A stretch of 64,000 nucleotides of DNA, taken from a virus. Shown in pieces: positions 19,937 through 29,320 of the stretch. The position numbers and the translations under genes were made by a program. Every line of letters starts with the position of its first letter. The first letter of the stretch is position 1. Below the pieces are notes generated by a model that worked only from the letters and a program-made list of their open reading frames with translations, was not told where the DNA came from and made no database searches. The stretch lies in IMG/VR virus record IMGVR_UViG_3300044568_003751, positions 25,312 through 89,311 of that record. One strand, written 5' to 3'.

Positions 19937-20160
19937 GGTTCAAGTCCAAAATGTTCTTTTATAAATTCGTGTAATTCTAAATTACCTGTAAAATCGTATT
20001 GATGATGATGGAAAGATTCTGCCATGTGAGTACAGTCCCGGACAATTAACCGGGCAAACTTTTCAATATCAAAGTGTTCGTCAATCATGAAGTTCCGGTT
20101 GCCATACACTTGATTCCAAGCACCGCATTCACGTGCAAATTTTTCTACACGTTCATTCAT
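19933..20160 (-). CDS. Small phage protein, 'FAELIVREC' family
   Basis: MNERV..EKFARLIVRDC..IKEHFG; paralogs at 49864 and 50160. Confidence 0.65.
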   Translation of the reverse strand: MNERVEKFARECGAWNQVYGNRNFMIDEHFDIEKFARLIVRDCTHMAESFHHHQYDFTGNLELHEFIKEHFGLEP

Positions 20161-21431
20161 TACTCAGCCTCGTCGTAGTAGGCATATTGACCCCAAGGTG
20201 GTTCAATGGTTGTGGTACCATGCAAGATCCAAACAGTATCTGCATAATTCTCATCGCCCCAGGAACCAAACGGCAAGCCGTCTGTGAACACCACCAGTCG
20301 CTTGGGCTCAATTTCATTGTCCTTCAAGTACTTGAAGATACATGTAAAGTCAGTGCCACCACCACCTGTTACTTCATAGTCACAGATGTCTTCCAGGTTT
20401 TCCGAGTCATATTGTGCAGGGTTGTATGCATCAGTATCAAACGTGATAACGTGAATACGATACGCAGGGAATGAATCCATGATGCCTTGAATTTCACCCA
20501 GGAAGTCTTTCAACATTGTTGTGCTGATACTACCTGAAGCATCCAGTGCAACAGCAATGTCAATCATGGGATCCAGTTTCATACCGGGCATGACCGCATC
20601 CATGTGCCAACCTTTACGGCTGGCTCGCATCCAAGTGTAATCACTCTTGATGGTGGATTCCAATTGCATACGCAGCAATTCACGCCAGTTCATCTTGGGC
20701 TCAGTCATGTCTTGTATAAGACGCTTGACACCTGCTGGGATATTACCTGCACCGTCCACGGTGGCGGCTGCCGCCAGCATGGCTTCTTTGATCTCGTCAC
20801 GGATTTGTTGGCGCTCTTCGGGAGTGAGTTTGGGACGACCTTTGCCTTCTTGATCATCATCACCACCATCATTGGGATCGCCTTCGCCATCCATGTGCTC
20901 GTCGATCATTTTGTCCAGCAAATCGCTGATGTTGATCTTTTCTGCTTTTTCGTACAAAGCATCATAGATCTCTTCTGAACTCATGCCTTCATACTTGCGG
21001 TCGAACAAGCAAGGCACTGTGGTAATCATCTCACCTACCTTGTGTTTAACCAAGTCGCCATTCACAGCAAAGTCATTGGCAATATTAAACAACTGTGGAT
21101 CGCGACTGCCGCGACGCCCAAAGTGATCATAAACACAATGCAGGACCTCGTGTCCAAACAAGAATTCAATCTCTTTGGGCTTGAGCATTTTAATAAAGCG
21201 ACTATTGTAATAGAAGTTTCTGCCGTCTGTTGCGGCAGTGGCACACCACTCATCTGCGTTTACTAGTTTCAAGCGAGTAGCAAGGTTGCCAAAGAATGAC
21301 GCTTTAAGCAACAGGCCCACACGGGCAGTGATCAACATTTCACGCACAACTTTGTCAAGTTTAGTATCCATGGGCCCAATAAGATCTTTAAACTTATCAG
21401 ACTCTTTTTTGTTTACTGTACTGGTAGTCAT
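20160..21431 (-). CDS. Metallopeptidase plus VWA-like domain protein (DUF2201-like)
   Basis: TAATDG, HEVLH, DASGSI MIDAS, GGGGTDF, FTDG. Confidence 0.9.
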   Translation of the reverse strand: MTTSTVNKKESDKFKDLIGPMDTKLDKVVREMLITARVGLLLKASFFGNLATRLKLVNADEWCATAATDGRNFYYNSRFIKMLKPKEIEFLFGHEVLHCVYDHFGRRGSRDPQLFNIANDFAVNGDLVKHKVGEMITTVPCLFDRKYEGMSSEEIYDALYEKAEKINISDLLDKMIDEHMDGEGDPNDGGDDDQEGKGRPKLTPEERQQIRDEIKEAMLAAAATVDGAGNIPAGVKRLIQDMTEPKMNWRELLRMQLESTIKSDYTWMRASRKGWHMDAVMPGMKLDPMIDIAVALDASGSISTTMLKDFLGEIQGIMDSFPAYRIHVITFDTDAYNPAQYDSENLEDICDYEVTGGGGTDFTCIFKYLKDNEIEPKRLVVFTDGLPFGSWGDENYADTVWILHGTTTIEPPWGQYAYYDEAE

Positions 21432-21457
21432 GTGTGTCCTTTGTTGCTTATGTGTAT

Positions 21458-21486
21458 ATTATAGCAGATCACGATTTATTGGTCAA
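21458..21486 (-). promoter_or_regulatory. Sigma70-type early promoter
   Basis: TTGACC-N17-TATAAT with TG extended -10. Confidence 0.75.
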
Positions 21487-21508
21487 GTAATACTGGAGTA
21501 TTACAAAA

Positions 21509-22051
21509 TCAAGCACCTGCTTGGATTTCTAAAAGTGGAATATTTTCCTCATGGTTTATAACCCATTCAATAGTGTTGGCTAGTCTGTCTAAACTTAACC
21601 ATGTGGCATGTTCGGGTTTGCCATCGTTTAACCCGCCGGCAATTATATGAGAAGTCTTAATTCCTTTTTTCTTGTTTAACTGAAGACTGCGATCTCGCAA
21701 AGATCTTTTTTGTATGCTATAAGTTCCGTAGATACTGTCTGAAGGAATACCAGTAACACCCATCCATTCGGCATTGCTTCCGATGTTTATAATATGACCG
21801 TTGATGTTGTTTTTAGACCACTCATCCCATGTGGCTTCTAGCAATGCTAATTGGCCACCACCACAAATAAAAGAACTATTAATAAAGATTTTGTAGTTCT
21901 TAATTTCTTTTCTAAAAAAATCTTCACTGCCCGGAGTCCAAAATCTAAGATCGAATTCAGTGGCTCTACTTGCAAATTTTGCATTAGGAAATTTTCTTCT
22001 AATGGCAGACGCAACAGTAATATGTTCCGGATTTCCCGTACAAAGCATCAT
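21509..22051 (-). CDS. Degenerate short-chain dehydrogenase-like protein
   Basis: IFINS, HIINIGS, YSIQK (YxxxK); AT-rich. Confidence 0.6.
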   Translation of the reverse strand: MMLCTGNPEHITVASAIRRKFPNAKFASRATEFDLRFWTPGSEDFFRKEIKNYKIFINSSFICGGGQLALLEATWDEWSKNNINGHIINIGSNAEWMGVTGIPSDSIYGTYSIQKRSLRDRSLQLNKKKGIKTSHIIAGGLNDGKPEHATWLSLDRLANTIEWVINHEENIPLLEIQAGA

Positions 22052-23187
22052 GATATAAATTTACTCCATTCTGGATTTAGCATTCTAAAATTTGTGTTTC
22101 TTATTTTATCTAATTTGGATATGTCTGTCCAAAAACTATTATGCGATTGATCACTAATATTTAATAACTTTAACAATGATTGTATATCTTTGTAGTTGTG
22201 AAATTTGTTCTCTAGTGCAGAGTAAGTATCTTGCGACACGTGATTAAGAGCAAAGGGTTTGGTAGCCTTTTGGAAAATTAAATTGGTCGGATCCTGATAT
22301 CTGTTGTAAGGAAATTTTTCTTTCCACCAATCATATATTTCATTGAGATAGAAAAAATTAAGATACCCCCAAGTACAATTTATGTTGAACATATGATTGT
22401 GTGGCATGTTGTTATAGTACCAGTCTAAATTAGATTCTAATTCTTTCCATTGAATCCCGGTTCGTTGATACTCAAAACGTTGCCCAACATCATCTATGCT
22501 AAAATAAATCTCAATGAGTTTACATTTTTCCCATAATTTTAGAATGTCATCAGAAACAGTTTTTGTGCCGTTGGTGTTATAGAATACTCTAACGTCTGAT
22601 AATCCTTTTATCTCGTGTATTTTTGATAGTAGTCTAACATGATTTTCTGACAATAGTGGCTCTCCACCTCCATGAAAATGTAAAGATTTTAAATTTTTTA
22701 ATAATTCAACATCATCAATTTCAAGTTGTTCGTATTTTTTATATTGGAACAACTCAATGGAACGATTTGGATGTAATTTTTGATAGTCCGGGATCCATTG
22801 AGAACTGTTATGTGGGCCGCATATAACACATTTTAAGTTACAAAGATTACCAACACTATAGTCAAGTCCTTGTGGACCTTCTAGATCAATTTCGGTATCT
22901 TTGTGATACTCTTCATAGAGTCGTTTTGCCCCTTGCCTGCGACTTTCTTGTCCATTAGCTTCGGCATTGTAACAGGTTTGACACCCAGATATAGGTATGT
23001 CGTTTTCGACACATTTTTTTAATTCGGCACGTTCGGGTCCATTCCAAACCTGATCTAAATCAAACTCGGTTGACTCTTTAATATAACCCTTAAAAAAACT
23101 ACAAGGATTATATCCTAACTTACCGTTGTGAGACCATATGGCAAGATTTTTATAAATTTCGTAACAAAAGTATTTTTTATTTTTCAT
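22048..23187 (-). CDS. Radical SAM protein with N-terminal twitch-like region
   Basis: CQTC, CNLKCVIC, GGGEPLL, YNTNGT; AT-rich. Confidence 0.85.
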   Translation of the reverse strand: MKNKKYFCYEIYKNLAIWSHNGKLGYNPCSFFKGYIKESTEFDLDQVWNGPERAELKKCVENDIPISGCQTCYNAEANGQESRRQGAKRLYEEYHKDTEIDLEGPQGLDYSVGNLCNLKCVICGPHNSSQWIPDYQKLHPNRSIELFQYKKYEQLEIDDVELLKNLKSLHFHGGGEPLLSENHVRLLSKIHEIKGLSDVRVFYNTNGTKTVSDDILKLWEKCKLIEIYFSIDDVGQRFEYQRTGIQWKELESNLDWYYNNMPHNHMFNINCTWGYLNFFYLNEIYDWWKEKFPYNRYQDPTNLIFQKATKPFALNHVSQDTYSALENKFHNYKDIQSLLKLLNISDQSHNSFWTDISKLDKIRNTNFRMLNPEWSKFIS

Positions 23188-23190
23188 TTA

Positions 23191-23520
23191 CTATGACATA
23201 GGGTGGCTCAACAGGAACCAACTGAGTTCTTTGTCTGTTGCAACATAGATCCGATAGTCGTTGTACTTGGCACTGAAGGACCAAGTGGAGTTGATATCAT
23301 CTGGTTCAAATTCTTCCTCGTGGTGTTGCTTTGATCGGAGCAGTTCACTTCGAACTTCAACGTCTTGACCCCATCCATAGGTTGTGGTGAACCAACGTCG
23401 AGCACGATCAAAACTCAACACACCAGTACCAATCCAATGTCCTTTTGAAAACTCAATCATGTACTGGTAGGCAGTGTTATGACTGTACCTTGCATCTAGT
23501 TTTACAACTTTATATTTCAT
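23191..23520 (-). CDS. Hypothetical protein
   Basis: 109-aa ORF. Confidence 0.65.
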   Translation of the reverse strand: MKYKVVKLDARYSHNTAYQYMIEFSKGHWIGTGVLSFDRARRWFTTTYGWGQDVEVRSELLRSKQHHEEEFEPDDINSTWSFSAKYNDYRIYVATDKELSWFLLSHPMS

Positions 23521-23578
23521 ATAGAAAGGAGGGCAGTGCGACACAGCCCTGTGTATTTAACCACCACCCCCCTTAAAC

Positions 23579-24661
23579 TTAGGCGCTGGCCTGCAAGATG
23601 TACTTGCCAAAGCGTTGGTGGAACTCGTCAAAGTTCTTCAACTTGGTTGGGAGGAACGGCAAGTCGTATGTGGTCAATGCAATACGAGCACCCATCACAG
23701 TCAACTCGGTCTCAAAGTTCTTCATCATGTAGCCCAGGAAGTTATCGGCCATCTCATGGAATTTTTTGTCTTCCACTTTGTTCTCTACTGCACCCTTCAA
23801 CTCATAGCACATGGAGATTACCAGGCTGTACATGGCCGACACTTCTTTAACATTCAAGTCTTTGACTTTGCCGTTCAAGATGTCTGTAGGGTTGGGCATG
23901 CGGCTGGCAACCTTTTTATGGGCCATGAACTTCACTGCCAAACCTTCACCCACAGTACCTGCAATCAGGTTCATTGTGGTGTCGTCGTCATCGCCTTCGT
24001 CCAACAACTGGCTTACAAATGTCCATGAGCGTGGTGTAGCAAATGCACGGCTGGCACTCTTGGCATCAAAGTCGTACAGGTCCTGCTTGGCAAAACTCAA
24101 GTAACCTACCACGTCCTTGTGGATGCGGTTGTTAACTGCCCACTCTTGCCACGATGCAAAGTCCACCTTCATCTCTTGGTGGATGAAGCGGTTTGCCAGC
24201 GGAGTTGGCATGCGATAGGTCACACCCTTGTCGCTTTCACGGTTACCTGCGGCAACCATCACAACATTGTCGGGTAATTTATACTTGCCAATGCGTCGAT
24301 TCAAAATAAGTTGATAAGCGGCACTCTGGACACTAGGTGCGGCACTGTTAAGTTCGTCCAAGAACAAGACCACAATGGGGTAGTCCTTGGACATTTCTTC
24401 ATCGGGCAGTTCCACAGGAGGAGCCCAATCCATCTTGCCAATGTCCTTGTTGTAGAACGGGATACCACGAATGTCCGTGGGTTCCATTTGACCCAGGCGC
24501 AGGTCAATCATCAAGCCACCAAGTTCTCGGGCAATGCCTTCAACCAGTTCACTCTTGCCAATGCCGGGAGGACCCCACAAGAACAAAGGACGTTTTACTT
24601 TGAATGCTTTGAGCAAAGATTTTTTTGCTTGAAGCGCGGTAACTGTGCGGGATTCTGACAT
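23579..24661 (-). CDS. MoxR-like AAA+ ATPase
   Basis: GPPGIGKS, LFLDE, AAGNR, PLANRF, TPRSW. Confidence 0.92.
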   Translation of the reverse strand: MSESRTVTALQAKKSLLKAFKVKRPLFLWGPPGIGKSELVEGIARELGGLMIDLRLGQMEPTDIRGIPFYNKDIGKMDWAPPVELPDEEMSKDYPIVVLFLDELNSAAPSVQSAAYQLILNRRIGKYKLPDNVVMVAAGNRESDKGVTYRMPTPLANRFIHQEMKVDFASWQEWAVNNRIHKDVVGYLSFAKQDLYDFDAKSASRAFATPRSWTFVSQLLDEGDDDDTTMNLIAGTVGEGLAVKFMAHKKVASRMPNPTDILNGKVKDLNVKEVSAMYSLVISMCYELKGAVENKVEDKKFHEMADNFLGYMMKNFETELTVMGARIALTTYDLPFLPTKLKNFDEFHQRFGKYILQASA

Positions 24662-24716
24662 GGGCTGTGCCTTTCAAGTTAATAAGTCTATATTGTAGCA
24701 GATGTTGATTTTGTGG

Positions 24717-24878
24717 TCAACTGTTTATTGTAGCAAAAGGGCTGAGAACTTCTTCGGGTTCTTGTGCCTCTGGATTCTCGTAGACCCAAGATACTGGGAT
24801 CTCCAGTTCACGGGCAATGTCCATTGCAGTCCGACCCTTCTCCAGCAAGGACCGAATGTCAATATCAAGTTCGCTCAT
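24717..24878 (-). CDS. Small helix-turn-helix protein (53 aa)
   Basis: Read by eye: GRTAMDIARELEIPVSWVYE. Confidence 0.6.
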   Translation of the reverse strand: MSELDIDIRSLLEKGRTAMDIARELEIPVSWVYENPEAQEPEEVLSPFATINS

Positions 24879-24883
24879 ACGGC

Positions 24884-25153
24884 TCATGCTGTCTCCTTGC
24901 TCATGTATTCAAACAATGCCCACTTGGCACGGTTCATAAGTTGACGGTGCTCTTCGATGGTATTTGCATCAGGCCGATTGTAGGCGAACATTTCTTGTGC
25001 ATCGCTCAACATGCCTGCCACAATCATCTCAGCACCTGAAAACTTGAAAGTAGCAGAGCGTTCGATGCTTTCACGCATCCGGGATTCTGTGGTTCCGTAC
25101 ATACGCACTTGGTTGATTTCCTGAGTGCTAAGTCCTTCAAATGCTTTTCTCAT
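24884..25153 (-). CDS. Hypothetical protein
   Basis: AAGGAG RBS; downstream of an early promoter. Confidence 0.7.
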   Translation of the reverse strand: MRKAFEGLSTQEINQVRMYGTTESRMRESIERSATFKFSGAEMIVAGMLSDAQEMFAYNRPDANTIEEHRQLMNRAKWALFEYMSKETA

Positions 25154-25182
25154 TGCTGGCTCCTTTTGTGTGTCTATGTGTA

Positions 25183-25214
25183 TATTATAGCAAATGGGTA
25201 ATTATTGGTCAACC
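25183..25214 (-). promoter_or_regulatory. Sigma70-type early promoter, 32 bp identical to 51237..51268
   Basis: GGTTGACCAATAATTACCCATTTGCTATAATA. Confidence 0.85.
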
Positions 25215-25442
25215 AAATGCTTTGACTAGTCCTGTAAGCCCAATTGCCAGTGCAACAATGTTCACCAACAACTGTGGCTTATTTGCAACACGAATTGACC
25301 ATGCCATGAACAGTATAGTACCCAGGAAAAATGCAAGGATATTGTAGGGATAGGCCGCAGGACCCACGGCGTTGAGACTGTGGCCTGCTATGATAAACAC
25401 TGCTCCGGTCCACTGTAGTATTTCGTTGATTTCTAATTTCAT
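25209..25442 (-). CDS. Small three-helix membrane protein
   Basis: Hydrophobic; TTGACC/TATAAT promoter directly upstream, so leaderless. Confidence 0.7.
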   Translation of the reverse strand: MKLEINEILQWTGAVFIIAGHSLNAVGPAAYPYNILAFFLGTILFMAWSIRVANKPQLLVNIVALAIGLTGLVKAFG

Positions 25443-25480
25443 GTTATGATTATAACCGATCTTGAATTATTGGTCAAGTC

Positions 25481-25510
25481 AAAAAAAAGCCCTACACGGA
25501 GTAGGGCTTT
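25481..25510 (-). terminator. Intrinsic terminator
   Basis: AAAGCCCTAC-loop-GTAGGGCTTT followed by a U8 tract on -. Confidence 0.85.
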
Positions 25511-25548
25511 GTGTCTTTTTCTGCGATATTTTGTCGCAGATTTGGAGT

Positions 25549-26256
25549 TTAGTGCGAGCCTAGAACCACAACTTTATGTCCGTACAAAGTCACAATTTTA
25601 GAACGCAAAGACATGTTCGTAAATTCCCCAAAATACCTGTGTTGCCAACTGATTTTTGAGAGAAACAATTTGTTGTAACCCATGGCAAAAGGAACCAAGG
25701 TTGGGTTAGAATCTAAAAATCTTCCCACACCCTCGGTGACTTCAGGCCAATGGCAGTGGAAAAAGTCATCCAAAATAACCACACCTTCATTTGACACCAG
25801 ATGATTTGCAAGATGTAAATCGGAAACTGTGTGTTGAACTGAATGTCCAGCATCCACAGAAATAAATCTAAAGTATCCTGGCTTGATATCAAATTTCTCT
25901 ACTAGGTGACTGTCAGTAGAATCAGCTTGAACAGTTCTAACATTTGAACCTCGGTGGGCATCAAACTGTTCAATATTTTTCTCAAATGCGGCCAAATTTT
26001 CATTTCCGTATTGATCCAGGCTCAAGAACTGATCACTAAAAATATCCAGAGCAAGGCTTTGGTATTCAGGATCAATCACACTGTTCAGCAAGATAAAAAA
26101 CTTGCCTTGATATACACCAATCTCCATGCATCCACCGGATTTGTTAAAATCAAAACTGTCTAAATAATCAACTACATCAAACAATGCATGATTACACCAA
26201 CCACCTACTTCATCAAACCCTGTTTGTTGGTAGTGTTTTAAATTTGAGTTATTCAT
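25549..26256 (-). CDS. Class I SAM methyltransferase (Methyltransf_24-like)
   Basis: EIGVYQGK, ISVDAGH, GVVILDD. Confidence 0.85.
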   Translation of the reverse strand: MNNSNLKHYQQTGFDEVGGWCNHALFDVVDYLDSFDFNKSGGCMEIGVYQGKFFILLNSVIDPEYQSLALDIFSDQFLSLDQYGNENLAAFEKNIEQFDAHRGSNVRTVQADSTDSHLVEKFDIKPGYFRFISVDAGHSVQHTVSDLHLANHLVSNEGVVILDDFFHCHWPEVTEGVGRFLDSNPTLVPFAMGYNKLFLSKISWQHRYFGEFTNMSLRSKIVTLYGHKVVVLGSH

Positions 26257-26294
26257 TAAAAATTATTCTTTCTTAAAAATTTTATTTACTGTAC

Positions 26295-26321
26295 AAAAAG
26301 CCCTACAGTATGTAGGATTTT
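26295..26321 (-). terminator. Intrinsic terminator, near-copy of 25481..25510
   Basis: CCTACA-loop-TGTAGG with U tract on -. Confidence 0.65.
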
Positions 26322-26336
26322 GGTAAAACTAGACTA

Positions 26337-26960
26337 TTACTTATTATCCACATGGTGCTCGGTTTTGAAATTGCCGGATTGAAACCCAACTACGCCACCT
26401 TCTGCTTCGATGCGTTTGATCACGTCTTCAAACAAGATGGGAGCGAAGTCAGTTTGCTCCACACAAACACAATGGTACCGCGGATCAATCTCCTTGCCGT
26501 ACAATACAGTTCCGGTCTTGGCATCTATGCCACGTGCCTTCTTAACACGACTGGCATGCAAGTGTCCGTGAATGTTCACACCAAAGCGACCCAACGAAGC
26601 CTCATGCACAGGAATGTGACTCAAGATCATTCCGTTCATCACATGGTACGCCCGCAACTCACGAAAGTACTCGCGGTATTCGTCATCGCGGAAGATATCA
26701 TGGTTGCCACGGATCAACACTTTGTCCCCGTTCAAGCGACTCAATGTCTTTAATGCCCGGCGGTTGATCACAACGTCACCCAAGTGGTACACCTTGTCAT
26801 TAGATCTGACTGTGTCGTTCCAGCGTCGGATCATTTCCTCGTCCATCTCATCGGGGTCAGTCCACGGACGCAATTTTACTGTGTCATCATCGGGATGTGT
26901 AAAGTGACACACACCAGCATGTCCAAAGTGCGTGTCACTGACTAAAAATACTGCTGGCAT
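26337..26960 (-). CDS. Calcineurin-like metallophosphoesterase
   Basis: SDTHFGH, LGDV, GNHD, SHIP, HGHLH. Confidence 0.92.
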   Translation of the reverse strand: MPAVFLVSDTHFGHAGVCHFTHPDDDTVKLRPWTDPDEMDEEMIRRWNDTVRSNDKVYHLGDVVINRRALKTLSRLNGDKVLIRGNHDIFRDDEYREYFRELRAYHVMNGMILSHIPVHEASLGRFGVNIHGHLHASRVKKARGIDAKTGTVLYGKEIDPRYHCVCVEQTDFAPILFEDVIKRIEAEGGVVGFQSGNFKTEHHVDNK

Positions 26961-27020
26961 CTTGTGCTCCTTTCTTGTACTTGTAATTATAGCATTTGGA
27001 CAATATCTGGTCAAGTAGTA

Positions 27021-27497
27021 CTAAGGTATTACTTCTTGCCAGGTGTGATCACCCATGTATTTGACCTGCATTATGTACTGGTAATCTTCAGGCACGCCAG
27101 TGTTCCAGTCTGTGGGTCCAGTAAGCACCAACAGATTTTTCTCATGCCGCTTGTGCCACACCAACCAATAGCAATTGCCCATTACAATTTGAAAATGGTA
27201 TTCTGCGGCATATACAGCATCAGTAACATCAAGTCTGCGACGAATGTCTTGTGCTTGTTTTTCTAGCACTGTGACCAGTTCCATGATACGATCATACTCC
27301 TGCTGGGCATACATCCTGGCATGGTTGATCATGAGATCCTTCTGTCGTTCAACAGGCACTAGATCAAATTGAGGACCTAGGGTGCTTGTGGCGTAAGGCG
27401 TTACATTTCTGTTGAAAAAATGTACCAGTGTGTTGCCAGTATTGACATCAAAACTTTCGCGTCCCTTGGCCGAGTTAGGTGGATCAGTATCCGCCAT
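27021..27497 (-). CDS. DUF2452-like protein
   Basis: PY..S.GP, coiled coil, C-terminal DHTW. Confidence 0.6.
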   Translation of the reverse strand: MADTDPPNSAKGRESFDVNTGNTLVHFFNRNVTPYATSTLGPQFDLVPVERQKDLMINHARMYAQQEYDRIMELVTVLEKQAQDIRRRLDVTDAVYAAEYHFQIVMGNCYWLVWHKRHEKNLLVLTGPTDWNTGVPEDYQYIMQVKYMGDHTWQEVIP

Positions 27498-27774
27498 TGT
27501 CCCGGTAGCGTCGACGTGGCTCAATGTCCAATTGCTTGGTCAAATACTCTCGACCAACAAGACCAAGTTCAATCTCTTTGAGAGCAGTGACCACAGCACT
27601 GTGCTTGGGCCCTGACACACGAACTAGATCGCCTCGGCCCAGTTCTCTGGCACGGCGAGCACCGATAAGCACTAGGTCATATCGATTCTCTACTGCGGCA
27701 ACTGCGGCCTCATTACTAAGCCCCAGGGTTGATTCATATACCAGTTCATCTTGTCTAGTTTGTACGTTATTCAT
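27484..27774 (-). CDS. rpoZ: RNA polymerase omega subunit homologue
   Basis: ENRYDLVLIGARRARELGRG and VTALKEIELG motifs. Confidence 0.85.
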   Translation of the reverse strand: MNNVQTRQDELVYESTLGLSNEAAVAAVENRYDLVLIGARRARELGRGDLVRVSGPKHSAVVTALKEIELGLVGREYLTKQLDIEPRRRYRDNGGY

Positions 27775-28069
27775 CTTGGTCCTTTGGTAATCCGTTTGAG
27801 TGTCGATCTGAAGTTTTTTCTAAGTCTTGAAACAGTCGTTTTTCTTGCTGAGTCAATCTATCCTTGTGTGTCTTGCGTGGATTACCGCACAAGAAACAAC
27901 CGGGATTTCCACAATCCATGGCATGGTGTTTGGCCAATCGATGTGTTTGTTTGATGTTACGTTGGTTATATGTTGCATGGCTTTTGGCAATGTTTACTTG
28001 CCTGGCTATGGCCACGTCTGTTTTGTGACGTCGTTTTGAGTTTATATATCGGGCTAGATCGTTGCTCAT
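27767..28069 (-). CDS. Hypothetical basic protein with CxxxxCxxC
   Basis: DCGNPGCFLCGNPRK. Confidence 0.7.
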   Translation of the reverse strand: MSNDLARYINSKRRHKTDVAIARQVNIAKSHATYNQRNIKQTHRLAKHHAMDCGNPGCFLCGNPRKTHKDRLTQQEKRLFQDLEKTSDRHSNGLPKDQDE

Positions 28070-28083
28070 AATCACCTGTGTAA

Positions 28084-28121
28084 AACAATGTAGAACTATT
28101 TTAACATAGTTCTACATTGTT
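28084..28121. repeat. 16-bp perfect inverted repeat
   Basis: AACAATGTAGAACTAT-N6-ATAGTTCTACATTGTT. Confidence 0.85.
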
Positions 28122-28127
28122 GTCAAG

Positions 28128-28256
28128 TCATAATGGTTGATATTCTTCTTTACCGCAACCACACTCTGGACAGTTATAGTATTTTGGCAAATCTTCAAAC
28201 TTGCCATCTGTCTCTTCATTGTGGACATGGCCACATACAGTGCATACGTATTCCAT
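28128..28256 (-). CDS. Rubredoxin (42 aa)
   Basis: Read by eye: YVCTVCGHVH..FEDLP..NCPECG; not in the ORF track. Confidence 0.9.
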   Translation of the reverse strand: MEYVCTVCGHVHNEETDGKFEDLPKYYNCPECGCGKEEYQPL

Positions 28257-28265
28257 AGCAGTTCC

Positions 28266-28703
28266 TTACTGGGCGGCCTTGTGAGCTTCTAACGCTTTGG
28301 TAAAGCGGTTGGCATGTGAACGTTCGGCTTTGGCCAGGGTTTCAAACCAGTCAGCAATCTCATCCAGGCCTTCGTCACGAGCAGTTTTTGCCATGCCCGG
28401 ATACATGTCAGTGTACTCGTGTGTTTCTCCGTGTATGGCTGATTCCAGTGCTTCGGCAGTGGTCTTCGCTGCCATGCCTGTGGCAGGATCTCCTGAACCA
28501 CCATCGATCAGGTATTCCATGTGACCATGTGCGTGACCTGTTTCGCCTTCGGCTGTGCTACGGAACAGTGCAGAGATATCATTGTCTCCGGCCACATCGG
28601 CCATGTTTGCAAAATACAAATAACGACGATTGGCCTGGCTTTCTCCGGCAAATGCCGCTTTTAAGTTTTGTTCGGTAAGTGTACCTTTTACAGATTGTGT
28701 CAT
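28266..28703 (-). CDS. Rubrerythrin (short form)
   Basis: [36 protein letters not shown]. Confidence 0.95.
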   Translation of the reverse strand: MTQSVKGTLTEQNLKAAFAGESQANRRYLYFANMADVAGDNDISALFRSTAEGETGHAHGHMEYLIDGGSGDPATGMAAKTTAEALESAIHGETHEYTDMYPGMAKTARDEGLDEIADWFETLAKAERSHANRFTKALEAHKAAQ

Positions 28704-28747
28704 ATTTCCTCCTTGTTGACAACACTATTATATAGTATAGCAGTTGC

Positions 28748-29320
28748 CTAAGTCAAGGCATTTTGCCATTGTATTTTGTAATGAGGGTAATAGTAAGTAT
28801 TGTCACTTTCATTGGCCAGGAGCCAAGGATAGATCGGGGTAGTAAACTTTAGGCTTTGGTAACCCAGTTGACCCATGTACTCAGATGGCACAGCAGGCTC
28901 ACCGTTTTGTTTACTAGTGCCTGAATTACTCATGGTCGATCGCATACATAAACCTTCAATACTGATACTGCGTATGTGTAACATTGCACCTATCGGCCGG
29001 CCACTAATTTCTATGCGTAGCTCATGTTCAATTGTTTGGTTGCTATCAGGAATATTGTATTTGAATCTGGTGATCTCGGTTGATAATTGCTTTGTGGTCA
29101 CAATCTCGTCATCGATCAAAATGGATACAAACATTGCAGGATCTTCTGCTGTACCAGAAAATTCTATCTCTAATAATGCTGTTTTTACATAAGAAATCTT
29201 ACCATCAGTGATAATTGAATAGATACTCAAGACTGTCTCCGTAGGTATTTTGAAATTCACATTTGCTGAACAACGGCAAATTAGGGGTACGTATGCCAGT
29301 GCCATCTTCAAGATATGCAA
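28748..29320 (-). CDS. Hypothetical protein (start uncertain, probably near 29200)
   Basis: Open frame ending FTTPIYPWLL. Confidence 0.5.
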   Translation of the reverse strand: MHILKMALAYVPLICRCSANVNFKIPTETVLSIYSIITDGKISYVKTALLEIEFSGTAEDPAMFVSILIDDEIVTTKQLSTEITRFKYNIPDSNQTIEHELRIEISGRPIGAMLHIRSISIEGLCMRSTMSNSGTSKQNGEPAVPSEYMGQLGYQSLKFTTPIYPWLLANESDNTYYYPHYKIQWQNALT

